Shown in pieces: positions 10,441 to 20,933 of a stretch of DNA of 64,000 nt (its first letter is position 1; each line of letters starts with the position of its first letter). The position numbers were made by a program, and so were the translations under genes. The notes beneath the pieces are model-generated. The model searched no databases and had not been told where the DNA came from. It saw nothing but the letters and a program-made list of their open reading frames with translations. The stretch is from contig CP128815.1 of NCBI GenBank assembly GCA_051546255.1, positions 558,001 through 622,000 of the forward strand. Direction: 5' to 3'. This DNA comes from Meyerozyma guilliermondii. Lineage: Eukaryota.

Positions 10441-12507
10441 CTACACCACTCCATAAACACTGCATCCTCCTCCAGACCGTCTGTAGTGTCCACGGAGAAG
10501 CGTGGGGGCACATTCTCCATCGTCCGGATTGCGGAACCGTTCCTCACCATCATGGCGCCAATCGTCCAAATCAGCAAAATCATATGAGTTTCCCTCTTCA
10601 GGGTCGTTTGGATCTTCTGCCAAGTGGCTGTCGGGCATGTTAATGTTGCGAAAGTTGAGCACTGCTCGGGTATTGTTAATTTCGAGTCCACCGGTTTTTC
10701 GATTAATAGAGCATACCATTACGGATTCTCTCGATGCTCGTAAAACTCGTGAAGTTTCCTGTTCCTTGTTCAATATCTTGGAGAACTCGTCTCTTTTGTT
10801 CAGGGGAAGAAGTAGAAGATGGTGTAGAATATACGCATCGAGAAAGTCCACTGTATCCACTTTGACGGTGAAAAGCACATAATTGAGTTGCACATTCAAC
10901 AAGCAATGTTCCTCACACATCAAGAATTCGGCAAGTTTGTCGCTCAATTTCTTATCCCATTCTTGAACAAACGGCGATTCGTGGTTCAGAGAATGTTCCT
11001 GCCACACATCGTGCCATGTTTCACGATGTGCTTCGGCATCGTTGAATTTGGAAAGCCTCGGTTCCAGACCGCCAGCTATCACATCAAGGTGCTTTCGAAG
11101 TCCACGAGCCATGTCCAAGGTATCTTCTTGCACAGCAAGCGAAACATTGTCAAAGTTGCAAAGATTGCGGCGAAGTTTTGTCAAGGTTTTCATCAAGAAT
11201 ACGTCTTTGAACTGCTTGAATGGGTTCATTTTCATCCATTCCTGGAGCTGAAGTCTGGCTCTTGCGGTCTTCGTTCTGGCCAAATGGAGGTTTCGAATGG
11301 GCACGTTTTTGGACATTCGAATATGGCGAAGAAATCTTAGATCGTTGTGCTGAAAATCGATGATCGAGCCTGAAAAGGGAAAAAGAAAGGGAGAATTGAC
11401 GTCTTCACGGCCACTTTCCTTGACAGCAGTGACAACTTTTTCTGCCAACCGCATCCGTCTGATCAAAGCTCGATCGCGGGGAAGGTTTAAGCTGCCTGTG
11501 GACCCCATAATGTAGTCGAGCACTTCGTCTGGTTGCCCATACAGAGTGAAAACTCCCATCACTTTCTTTTTCTCGTAGTTTACCGAGGAAAACGCCATAT
11601 TCAATTGCGCCTTGTTTAAGCCAAAAAGTGAAAAATTGCTGCCGTCTCGTAGATATGAGGTGTATACCACGCTCATGATGGCTAGTTTTTGCTTATAGGA
11701 AAGCTGGGAAAGCGCTAACGTGGCTCCGTCCGCAGGGTTCCTTATAGATTTTGTTTGAGGTTCAACCAAATTGTTATTAGCACTGATTTTGCGTCGTTTT
11801 CGTTGGGGACCCGCCAGGTCGGCCAGTCGTTTGCGACTATCTCCAGCCAGCGGTTCGGGTGTAGGTCGTCTCCAAAGCATACCCTGGTTCCTTTGAGAGA
11901 TGTATGCGTCCATCGTGGTGTCTAGACAAGCAAAAAGGTGTTCCAGGGCCGGAACCTCAATTTTGTGGTGTTTGCTGGAATGGCCCACGAAGAGGGGAGA
12001 TTGGCCCAACCACGAGCAGTTGGCGGCCACAAACTCGAGGAGCGATACTATGTACTTCTGGAGCTCCTTGGATGTGACCGATAGGTCTGGAGGGTCCTCG
12101 TTGGGCGCATGGGGACACCTTCCGAACCGGATGGCATTCAGACGACGAAGCGGAAATCCACCGGATCTTGGCGAAAAAATCAACGTATTTCGGTTGGTGA
12201 CGTTCTGGCGTGCTGACGATAAGAGAAGCCTTTCGTGCGGTTGACCATCGGATCTCAGTTCCTCCAGCTCGGTGCTGGAGTAGTCTTCGGGGATCTGGTT
12301 GAGATTGCGAATTTGGAACGGAAGCATGTTGTTGTTGATGTGGAGCTCGTTGTCGATGACGCTGGCGTTGCGGTGGTTCTCCAGCTCCATTTGGGAGTGA
12401 TGGAGAAAGAAATTGGAAAGGATTGAAAGTGAGCTGAGACGAGGGGAATCGGAAAGTAGCGGCGACGACGACAGCGACGACAGGTCCGGGGTTGTGGGAG
12501 GGGGCAT
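10441..12507 (-). CDS. Uncharacterised 688-aa protein; possible divergent Gid4/Vid24-family protein
   Basis: Long ATG-initiated ORF. The C-terminal part shows ordered weak similarity to Gid4/Vid24 motifs (see findings). CDS status is likely; the family call is tentative. Confidence 0.6.
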   Translation of the reverse strand: MPPPTTPDLSSLSSSPLLSDSPRLSSLSILSNFFLHHSQMELENHRNASVIDNELHINNNMLPFQIRNLNQIPEDYSSTELEELRSDGQPHERLLLSSARQNVTNRNTLIFSPRSGGFPLRRLNAIRFGRCPHAPNEDPPDLSVTSKELQKYIVSLLEFVAANCSWLGQSPLFVGHSSKHHKIEVPALEHLFACLDTTMDAYISQRNQGMLWRRPTPEPLAGDSRKRLADLAGPQRKRRKISANNNLVEPQTKSIRNPADGATLALSQLSYKQKLAIMSVVYTSYLRDGSNFSLFGLNKAQLNMAFSSVNYEKKKVMGVFTLYGQPDEVLDYIMGSTGSLNLPRDRALIRRMRLAEKVVTAVKESGREDVNSPFLFPFSGSIIDFQHNDLRFLRHIRMSKNVPIRNLHLARTKTARARLQLQEWMKMNPFKQFKDVFLMKTLTKLRRNLCNFDNVSLAVQEDTLDMARGLRKHLDVIAGGLEPRLSKFNDAEAHRETWHDVWQEHSLNHESPFVQEWDKKLSDKLAEFLMCEEHCLLNVQLNYVLFTVKVDTVDFLDAYILHHLLLLPLNKRDEFSKILNKEQETSRVLRASRESVMVCSINRKTGGLEINNTRAVLNFRNINMPDSHLAEDPNDPEEGNSYDFADLDDWRHDGEERFRNPDDGECAPTLLRGHYRRSGGGCSVYGVV

Positions 12508-13176
12508 TATGCCGGGTGATTCGGCTAGAAAGGAATGATTATCTCAAAAATCAAAGATTGAATCAAAAAATGAAAATTGAATCAATAAGGATTTTGAGGT
12601 TAATGGTGGAGTTTGGGTCACCAATAAAGTCAACTATTTTTCGAGATTTTCTCTTTTTCTTCTCTTTCCTTCTCCTTTTGATTCTTTTGTAAATGTTCCT
12701 TGCTCGAGGATGCTGTGCGAGTCGACTCAGACCTTTATAACCAGCCTTTAGTTTGTCTCTTTTTAGTGCCTGGCTGGACCTTACTCCACTGCAAATTAAA
12801 CAGCACCCAACCAATACAAAAAGCCTTTATTTTCCCTGTAGCAGAGCACGAGTACAGAGATCAATAATCGAACGTTTTACAGCTTCAAAGTTGCCGCAAC
12901 TATACCCTTCAGGTAAATCGTTTATCTAACACCCTGTGGCTCACCGCAGCATAATAATTGCCCCTGCATAGTCAGGCCCCACGTCACATGACGCAGCCTG
13001 GCCCCCCGCGCGGAATGTCGTTTGCATGTCGCGCCTACTTTCTAAAATTTAGTTTGGAGAACAACAACGCCATTACTAACGTCTCGGTTCAGCCACACAG
13101 ACCACTTTTCTGAAACCGCAAACAAGTTTTTCCACCTATTTCCGGCCCCCAGAGTTCAGAATATTTATCTATATAC

Positions 13177-15966
13177 ATGTCTGAGACGTCTACAGGTGCA
13201 GTTTATCTCTGTATCAAGCAGTTCAATGCCCGCCTTGGTGATGAACTCAACCTAAAAATCGGCGATAAAGTCGAGGTTTTGGCTGACGACAGCGAATACA
13301 ACGATGGGTGGTATATGGGCAAAAACATGCTTACAAATGAGGTGGGACTTTATCCAAAGTCATTTACTCAACTTTTACAAACTCCTTCAGGGTCCCTTCT
13401 TCGATCTCGATCACGCAGAGTGACCAGTAAAGGCTTGAGTGCTTCTAATATCACTGAAAAATTGGATAAACTCAGCGTTTCCAAACCGGCAGAACCCACC
13501 GTTAACGAAGAATCCAAGTCGGGACTCACGCAAATATCAGAACAAAACCCCAAAAATTCCAATTCTTCAGCTGCCACCGATACCGTACAAGACATCGACA
13601 GGGCTCTCGAAGAGCTCCAGACACCCCCAGCCGAAATTAAAAACCCGTATAAGGATATAAAGCCGGTTGAATCAAAACTGGTTTACCAGAGCCAGCCACT
13701 GGGTTTCCAAGCGAGAGAAGCAAATGCGGCAAAGGAACTCCCTACTCCAGTCTCCAATGATCCACCTACACCTGCTACAAAAAAGGCGTCCCATAGTACC
13801 GAGGTGACACCGGAAACACAGCACCAGCTGCTGTCACAGTCACGCTCTCAACCCCAGCAACAGCCTGCTCTTTCGTCTCAGCTGGGTCGCAACGGCTCTC
13901 TCAGCTCGGTTCCAAATCCTTCTGAGGCCCACTCGTGGAGCCCCAAGGACGTCAGTGCGTATTTTTCGCATCTTGGCTTCGACTCGGGTGTCTCTGGTAA
14001 GTTTCTTCGTCACGAAATCACCGGTGCAATTCTCTTCGAGTTGGACTTGGGTCACCTCAAAGAGTTGGACATAGATTCTTTCGGGGTTCGGTTCCAGATA
14101 CACAAGGAGATAGAGAAATTGAAGCAAATTGCTGCTGGTGAAGTTGCTGCTCGAAATGCCATGCCAAGTTCATCTTCTGAAAGTCTTTTGAGTCCCAAGG
14201 TGTCGCAATCTTTTAACTCCTACAACAACTCGGATGATGACCGCGGTCTCATGCCGTCTGCACCGTTGAGTCGGAAGAGGGAGAAAGGAGACGATGTTGA
14301 AACTCCACCCATGCCTTTCGTAGCACCACAACGTCCTCACGGACCTCTGAGTCCTGATGAACAAGTTTATCACGACAAATTAGCTCAGGCTCAGGATGAG
14401 TTCGGAACACCCACCACGCCAAACACGCCCAGAACTCGCAACGCTGCTGATGCTCCTGAACACCATCTTTACCTTACCCGAAATAATGCTCTGAGCGCTG
14501 GTTTGGGTATTAATGGCATGTCGCGCCCCGCCTCTTCCATATATGAGCCAAGCGTGGGCCACAGTCGTAATGCTCTGGCTTCTCACCGCAGAAATTCGCT
14601 GGTCATTTCTGGCCATAAACGGCACTCGTCCTTATTTTCCTTCTTGTCTGGAAACGAAAATGAACGTGAAAGGTTGGAAAAGATTGAAAAAGAAGAGCGC
14701 GCAGCTCAGGCAGAGAAGGAAAAACAGAGGGCTGCCAGTGCCCGTTTAGCAAAGGAAAAGCCGTCCATGTTGGACGAAACGGCAGATATCTCTAAGGCAG
14801 GCGGAACAAGTTCGCCCAAAAAAGCTGCCGATAAGCGTGCCGCTTCGGACCTGAATGTCACTCGTCTCAAGACACTTAGAACAGCTTCGTCACAAAATTT
14901 CCGTGGATTTTCAGGGCTGAAAAAGCTGAAGACGTCTGCGTTCACCGAGGGCATTCGACAAATCACCCCTGATGAGGCAATCAAGCTGGCTTCTTTCAGC
15001 GGATGGATGTCAAAGAAAAGTGGATCTACTATCGGCTGGCGATCTCGCTACTTTACGTTACATGGGACACGTTTGCTGTATTTTACGTCTTTGAAAGATA
15101 AGAAAGAGCGTGGGCTCATCGACATTACTGCCCACAAGGTTATCCCTATCAATAGTGACGACAGCTCCAGCGACAAGTACATCGCGATGTACGCATCTTC
15201 CACTGGATTTGGTCGTTACTGTTTCAAGTTGGTGCCTCCAGCCCCAGGTTTCAAGAAGGGACTCACCTTCACTCAGCCAAAAACGCATTTTTTTGCTGTA
15301 GAAACGCAAGATGAAATGCGTGGGTGGCTCAAGGCTTTGATGACGGCCACCATTGATATCGACGATACCGTTCCAGTTGTTAGCAGCTGCCTGACACCAA
15401 CGGTGTCTTTGTCAAAAGCACAAGAATTATTGGAACGAGCAAGGGAAGAAAACAAGTTGAGAGACGAGCAGCTGGCCGATTATAGCCACATAATGACGGA
15501 GACTTCGATGGATAACCATTTGGAAAACGAAACCGATCAAACTCTGGAAGAAGCTCTGCCCATGGTATCGTACGACGAATCCGCATCGAGCTCGCAGCCA
15601 AAACTTTCTCTCGATACGTCAGTTCGAAACACTCTGAAGGGACCCAAGACACCACAAATGTCACAAAGCAGTGGTGGTTTCTCGTCACCTTACCTTCTTG
15701 CGTCTGGAGTGTTGTCGCCCAGACTGGGTACTCATCTGTCTCCTTCCGAGACACCACAGCTGGGGCTGAGATCTCAACACGAATATTTTCCCGAAACCAC
15801 CACACCAAAACTGACGTTTTCTAGCAGCAATGGACGTGTGGTCAGCCAGGGGCTGGGCTACACCCCTTTCAATCCTCCAAAAAAGAAGCGTGGTTCCGAC
15901 AAGATGCTTTCGTATGCCAGTGATGCCCTGGGAAACCACACCTTTGTGTTGAAAGCGTCAAAGTAG
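13177..15966 (+). CDS. BOI2: Polarity scaffold Boi1/Boi2 (SH3-SAM-PH)
   Basis: N-terminal SH3 (FNARLGDEL...DGWYMG...GLYP), SAM (WSPKDV...HEITGAIL) and PH (GWMSKK...WRSRYFTLHGTRL) domains; single pre-duplication BOI1/BOI2 orthologue next to CDC27 and TMN3. Confidence 0.92.
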   Translation: MSETSTGAVYLCIKQFNARLGDELNLKIGDKVEVLADDSEYNDGWYMGKNMLTNEVGLYPKSFTQLLQTPSGSLLRSRSRRVTSKGLSASNITEKLDKLSVSKPAEPTVNEESKSGLTQISEQNPKNSNSSAATDTVQDIDRALEELQTPPAEIKNPYKDIKPVESKLVYQSQPLGFQAREANAAKELPTPVSNDPPTPATKKASHSTEVTPETQHQLLSQSRSQPQQQPALSSQLGRNGSLSSVPNPSEAHSWSPKDVSAYFSHLGFDSGVSGKFLRHEITGAILFELDLGHLKELDIDSFGVRFQIHKEIEKLKQIAAGEVAARNAMPSSSSESLLSPKVSQSFNSYNNSDDDRGLMPSAPLSRKREKGDDVETPPMPFVAPQRPHGPLSPDEQVYHDKLAQAQDEFGTPTTPNTPRTRNAADAPEHHLYLTRNNALSAGLGINGMSRPASSIYEPSVGHSRNALASHRRNSLVISGHKRHSSLFSFLSGNENERERLEKIEKEERAAQAEKEKQRAASARLAKEKPSMLDETADISKAGGTSSPKKAADKRAASDLNVTRLKTLRTASSQNFRGFSGLKKLKTSAFTEGIRQITPDEAIKLASFSGWMSKKSGSTIGWRSRYFTLHGTRLLYFTSLKDKKERGLIDITAHKVIPINSDDSSSDKYIAMYASSTGFGRYCFKLVPPAPGFKKGLTFTQPKTHFFAVETQDEMRGWLKALMTATIDIDDTVPVVSSCLTPTVSLSKAQELLERAREENKLRDEQLADYSHIMTETSMDNHLENETDQTLEEALPMVSYDESASSSQPKLSLDTSVRNTLKGPKTPQMSQSSGGFSSPYLLASGVLSPRLGTHLSPSETPQLGLRSQHEYFPETTTPKLTFSSSNGRVVSQGLGYTPFNPPKKKRGSDKMLSYASDALGNHTFVLKASK

Positions 15967-16655
15967 GTGTACCTCCAGGTGAGGTGCAAGAAGGTGCTAG
16001 GGCACACCCAACAGTAGTCAAGTGACTAGTACAATTTTGGTCCATAAAGCCATGCTTTACAGTGGTGGAGTACTCTAGTTTCGACGCTCGCTAAGAACAG
16101 ACATTTGTGTCTGTACTCACTCAACTTTTGCTGTCTGTATCCAATGACACCACTTGGCCGTATCAATGCTCCTCCGCTACCACCTCGTCCCATTCCCACC
16201 AGTCCATCTTCACCACGTCCGCTAACTAATCAAGGTAACTAGACAAGAGACCTATGTCTAGTCAGCTCTTTTGAGTATTTAATGTATAGTTGTATTATAA
16301 GGTCATGAAGTCAACTGTAGAAAAGCTGTGGAACAGCGCAGAACAGCTGTAGAATTCAGCTGACTTAATTGATAATTGTCTCTTTACGGCTTCGTTATGT
16401 AAAATTGGTTGCAACCATTTCAACTCCAGCCGTCTGCTTCTCGTCCTGCACACACGCGCAGTGGAGCCTCACATAAACAGAATCAGATACAATCGAGCTT
16501 TATACCACCAACAACTTGCGGCCCACCGCCCAACTTTTTTCCCTTCTAACACAACAAATCTGCTACTGTGCATACCCTCAATCCATACAAAGACTTTCAG
16601 GTTATTTCCTCCACCAAATCACCCACTTTCCAAAGCACAATTTCCCTCCACAAAA

Positions 16656-18635
16656 ATGTCCCAAGAACCCGACCACGAGTACCTCCGACAGTACCTCCGA
16701 CTGGTCATAATTCACTCCCTCGATCACAACAACCTCCGAAATGCCGAATTTGCCGCCGAACGGCTTTTAGCCATGGATCAAGGCGATAATGATTCGCTTC
16801 ATCTCTACTGCCAAACGCTCTTTCGACAGCGGCGATTCATGGCCGTTTACAATCGGACCCAAAATGTTCGAAACCACATTGGTTGTGCTTATTTGTTTGC
16901 CCAGCTGTGTTTGGAGTTGGAAAAATACAAAGAGGGTATATTTGTGTTGCTGCGAGTGATTACGATTTCAGACGACGAATTGTCGTCGCCTAAAAATGCA
17001 CAAGAACCATTTTCAGCTTTCAGTGCCCGTTCTCATGAACCTCCTGCTTCCACTGCTGACTTTTCTTCTCCTTACCGGCGCTACACCTACGAGAATTCTC
17101 GCTCAGTCACACCTGATTCTTCGGTTGTTCACCACTGTCTCGCAGACCTTTATTCAGGCTTGGGCGACGTGAAAAATGCTGCTTTACACTACACACACAC
17201 GGTCCGTCTCAACCCATTCGACTTCACGGCGTTCGAAAAGGTCGCTAAACTAGGCGTGAAAGTTAGAGTTGGGCAATTGTTCAAACCAGAAGCCGCACCC
17301 ACCGCCTCGGTTTCAGCGTATAGTGCTCCCACAACCCAACCTCCAGGCCAGCCACAAACTCAAAACGACCCAGCTACTCCGTATCCCCATAACCCGTTCA
17401 CCACAGACCTTCTGACACCGCGGATCCGCTCGGCAGTGCCGCCAGATGCTCCAATACGACGTCCTACCGAGCGGTTTGAATTCACAAAACCGTCGTTTCC
17501 CGACCATCGAAAGGGCTCAGCGATCACTTCGAGACTTGTATCGCAGCCGCTACACAGCGACAGCCGTCGAAGCTTGAAGAGAAACAATTCTAGCTCAATT
17601 GCAAATTCGAGCCCAGAACCCACCCGGCTCAATATTTTCGCCAGCAAAGAAATTGAACATTGCGACAAGGCTCTACTAGAGTTGTATGCCACTTTTGCGC
17701 GAGCTTTCAAAAGCTTGTGTAAATACGACTGTTACAAGGCAATTCGTACCATCGATGAGTTACCAGCTCACGAGAAAGAAACTCCCTGGGTGCTCAGCAA
17801 ATTGGGTCGACTTCACTACGAAATCGTCAACCACCGCCAGTCCGAACACTACTTTGTGCAATTGAGATCCATAGACCGGACTCGTCTCGAAGACATGGAA
17901 TACTACCTGACTCTCTTGTGGCATCTTCATAAAAAAGTCGATCTTACGTACCTTGCTGATGAATTGCACGAAGTGGATGCAAAGTCGCCTATCACCTGGT
18001 GTGTCGTGGGTAACCTTTTCTCGCTAAACCGAGACACCGACGACGCCATTAGCTGTTTCAACAAGGCTATTCGTGCCGACCGAAAATTCACTTACGCTTA
18101 CACACTCAAAGGCCATGAATATTTCGGCAACGACAACTATGAAATGGCACTCGAGAACTTTCGAACGAGCTTGCTAATAGATCCTCGTCACTATAATGCC
18201 CTATACGGAATCGGAATGGTGTACATTAACCTAGGAGACTTCCAACGAGCCGATTACCATTTCCGCAAAGCAGTGAGTATCAACCCTATTAATATCATTT
18301 TGATCTGCTGCATGGGTATGGTTCTTGAAAAAGTCGGCAAACGTCACCTAGCTCTTCGTCAATACGAGCTTGCTACAAAACTTCAGCCTAATAATCCACT
18401 ACCAATTTTCAAAAAAGCTCAACTTTTGTTCACCATGCAACAATACTCACAAGCGCTTGCGGCCTTTGAAATCCTACGAGACTTGGCACCCGACGAAGCC
18501 TCTGTCCGGTTTTTGCTCGGGCAGTTGTACAACATACAAAACGAAAAAGCTAAGGCTGTCAGAGAATTCACCATAGCACTGAACTTGGATCCCAAAGGTA
18601 ATTATTTGATTCGCGAAGCCATGGAACTGATGTAA
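16656..18635 (+). CDS. CDC27: APC/C TPR subunit Cdc27 (Apc3)
   Basis: NAEFAAERL N-terminal domain; TPRs with MEYYSTLLWHL (CTG=Ser), YAYTLKGHE, RHYNALYGIG; first ATG at 16656. Confidence 0.93.
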   Translation: MSQEPDHEYLRQYLRLVIIHSLDHNNLRNAEFAAERLLAMDQGDNDSLHLYCQTLFRQRRFMAVYNRTQNVRNHIGCAYLFAQLCLELEKYKEGIFVLLRVITISDDELSSPKNAQEPFSAFSARSHEPPASTADFSSPYRRYTYENSRSVTPDSSVVHHCLADLYSGLGDVKNAALHYTHTVRLNPFDFTAFEKVAKLGVKVRVGQLFKPEAAPTASVSAYSAPTTQPPGQPQTQNDPATPYPHNPFTTDLLTPRIRSAVPPDAPIRRPTERFEFTKPSFPDHRKGSAITSRLVSQPLHSDSRRSLKRNNSSSIANSSPEPTRLNIFASKEIEHCDKALLELYATFARAFKSLCKYDCYKAIRTIDELPAHEKETPWVLSKLGRLHYEIVNHRQSEHYFVQLRSIDRTRLEDMEYYLTLLWHLHKKVDLTYLADELHEVDAKSPITWCVVGNLFSLNRDTDDAISCFNKAIRADRKFTYAYTLKGHEYFGNDNYEMALENFRTSLLIDPRHYNALYGIGMVYINLGDFQRADYHFRKAVSINPINIILICCMGMVLEKVGKRHLALRQYELATKLQPNNPLPIFKKAQLLFTMQQYSQALAAFEILRDLAPDEASVRFLLGQLYNIQNEKAKAVREFTIALNLDPKGNYLIREAMELM

Positions 18636-18980
18636 TAAATGAGGCTACTATGACAGCATAATCAAGAGCAATTAAACATAACCCGTTCAATCTCTCTATT
18701 TCTTTGCCGTTACAACTTCACTAGATCAATGGTTTTGGCTTCTCTTTCTCCTGCATACGCCGCACATATCAACAGTTGCAAGAAACATTTTACTCTCAAC
18801 AACTCGCAGTTCCCACGATCATTTTGCAAATATTTCCACCATATTTATAGGTTCTGGAGGTACCTGAGCTGCGTCCTACCTTCGAGTGCCTTTAACATTG
18901 CTTCAAATCTACTCTAGGCTTGCCAATTGTGATTTTGCAAATTTCGTGTTTTATTTGATCGGATTCATTCCGAGTCCACC

Positions 18981-20882
18981 ATGCTTCTAATTCTAATTCT
19001 ACTCCCGCTCGTGGCTGCTCTAGGGTTCCATGGTCCCACAACCTACAAGAGAGGCGAAAAAGTCGAACTTATCGTCAATAAAGTCGAATCTGATAACACC
19101 CAACTTCCATATGGATATTATGATCTCCCATTTGTTTGTCCTCTGGGCGATAAAAAACCTCTCCCACTCTCCTTGGGGGAAATACTTCGTGGCGACCGTC
19201 TCTGGGAAAGTACTTATGAGCTCAATTTTGGAGTAGATGACCCATGTCATCGTCTATGTGACCTCGTGGCCAAAGATCACGTTCTCAAGAGAGCAGACCA
19301 CTTTATTCGCAATGGGTATTTTGTCCATTGGCTTCTCGATGGCTTGCCGGGAGCGACCACGTTCGAGTCAGATAACAGAAACAACAAATATTATGCCGCT
19401 GGGTTTCCTTTGGGCTTTGTCCTGGAAGACAAAAGTTACATTTACAACCATGTAATGTTGGTTATTCGATATCACAGAGCACGAAACGCTCCTGGAAAGT
19501 ACCATATTGTCGGTTTCGAGGTATACCCGAAAAGTGTCAGTAATGAAGAATGTCCCAAAACGAATACGGGGTATCAAAATTTTGCAATAACTTTCGGAGC
19601 CAGAGAAAATAAAGACACATCAGAGACTCAAAAGACAGTGATTCCATACACCTACTCGGTGTACTGGAGAGAAGACAATACCATCGACTACACCCACAGA
19701 TGGGACCTCTACTTGGAAAATGACACTTCAGTCAACAACCATAGAATACACTGGTTATCAGTTATCAACTCTGTGGTGTTAATTTTCCTCGTTACAATTG
19801 TGATGTCGGTTATTCTACTCAAAATTCTGGGTTCTGAGTCCCTTTCGGCCACTCTTCCTGTTGCAAATGATAAACCTCAGCACTATTCAAATAGGAGCCT
19901 CCACCGTCCAGTAATGCCCTTACTATTGTCGGTTCTTGTCGCTGGTGGAGTCCAGATAATAACGACTGTGGTTGGAGTCATAGTGATTTTGTTTGTCGAT
20001 ATCAGCTTCGATGGCCATGATCTTTCTCTAGCATTCCAAAACAGACAAGGAGCGGTTCATTCCTTCTCGCTTCTTTGCATAGTGGGATCTGGACCCTTAG
20101 CATCGTACGTTGGCATCATTGTCAACAAAATTCTTCACCACAATTCTACAGACGTCAAGTATAACACTACTATGAACAATATCCTCTCGATGGTTTTCTG
20201 TGGATTTGTGCCTGCTTTGGTTCTCGCGGTGGTCCTATTCATTAACTTTTTCGTTTGGGCAAAGGCATCTTCGAATGCCTTACCTTTGGGCACCATTGTC
20301 ATCCTCTTGTTGTTATTCGTATTGATAGAGTTACCCTTGGGTATCATTGGTGGTTACTACGGCAACAAAAAGAAACTACCTACATTTTCCGGTCCTGATC
20401 TTGACGATGGTCCGAGAAGTAACCTGTGGGTTTTGCATCCCATAGTAAGCACTGCTGCGTCAGGGTTGATACCCTTTGGAATTATCTATGTGGAACTCAC
20501 TTATATCTTCAATTCGGTTTGGTTGGAGAAGACTACCTACTACTATATGTATGGGTTTCTCCTTCTAGCGGCTTTGATGCTAATTGTCATAATTGCCGAG
20601 TTGGCAGTGATTGCTACCTACTTTTCCATCTCAGCCCACAAAAACCCAGCATACCATTGGTTATGTTTCCGAGTGGGTTCCAGTGTGGGTTGGTACATTC
20701 TTGCTTACTCGGTCGTTTATTTCTTCACTCATCTTTACGTGCGAGACTTTGTCAGCATTTTACTTTACTTTGCCTACATGATCTTGGTGTCGGCAATCGT
20801 CTGCATTGGATGCGGAGCCATTGGAATAATTGCAGGGATGATATACGCCAACAAGGCATTTAATGCCCTCAAGGTTGAATAG
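18981..20882 (+). CDS. TMN3: Transmembrane-nine (EMP70/TM9SF) family protein
   Basis: Signal peptide, QLPYGYYDLPFVC, LGEILRGDR, IHWLSVINS, multiple TM segments, C-terminal KVE. Confidence 0.85.
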   Translation: MLLILILLPLVAALGFHGPTTYKRGEKVELIVNKVESDNTQLPYGYYDLPFVCPLGDKKPLPLSLGEILRGDRLWESTYELNFGVDDPCHRLCDLVAKDHVLKRADHFIRNGYFVHWLLDGLPGATTFESDNRNNKYYAAGFPLGFVLEDKSYIYNHVMLVIRYHRARNAPGKYHIVGFEVYPKSVSNEECPKTNTGYQNFAITFGARENKDTSETQKTVIPYTYSVYWREDNTIDYTHRWDLYLENDTSVNNHRIHWLSVINSVVLIFLVTIVMSVILLKILGSESLSATLPVANDKPQHYSNRSLHRPVMPLLLSVLVAGGVQIITTVVGVIVILFVDISFDGHDLSLAFQNRQGAVHSFSLLCIVGSGPLASYVGIIVNKILHHNSTDVKYNTTMNNILSMVFCGFVPALVLAVVLFINFFVWAKASSNALPLGTIVILLLLFVLIELPLGIIGGYYGNKKKLPTFSGPDLDDGPRSNLWVLHPIVSTAASGLIPFGIIYVELTYIFNSVWLEKTTYYYMYGFLLLAALMLIVIIAELAVIATYFSISAHKNPAYHWLCFRVGSSVGWYILAYSVVYFFTHLYVRDFVSILLYFAYMILVSAIVCIGCGAIGIIAGMIYANKAFNALKVE

Positions 20883-20933
20883 ATTATTAATAGATTTACA
20901 CACTAGAAAATGACATTTTATATTTCTAAAAAA

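Noticed and set aside
16461..16655. Long N-terminal extensions in the ORF track (CDC27; also YVH1, NAF1, NOP2, ARP5, SRV2, NDUFS4, GCD10)
   Set aside because: Mostly GTG/TTG starts that run through promoter motifs or into neighbouring genes; family similarity begins at the downstream ATG.
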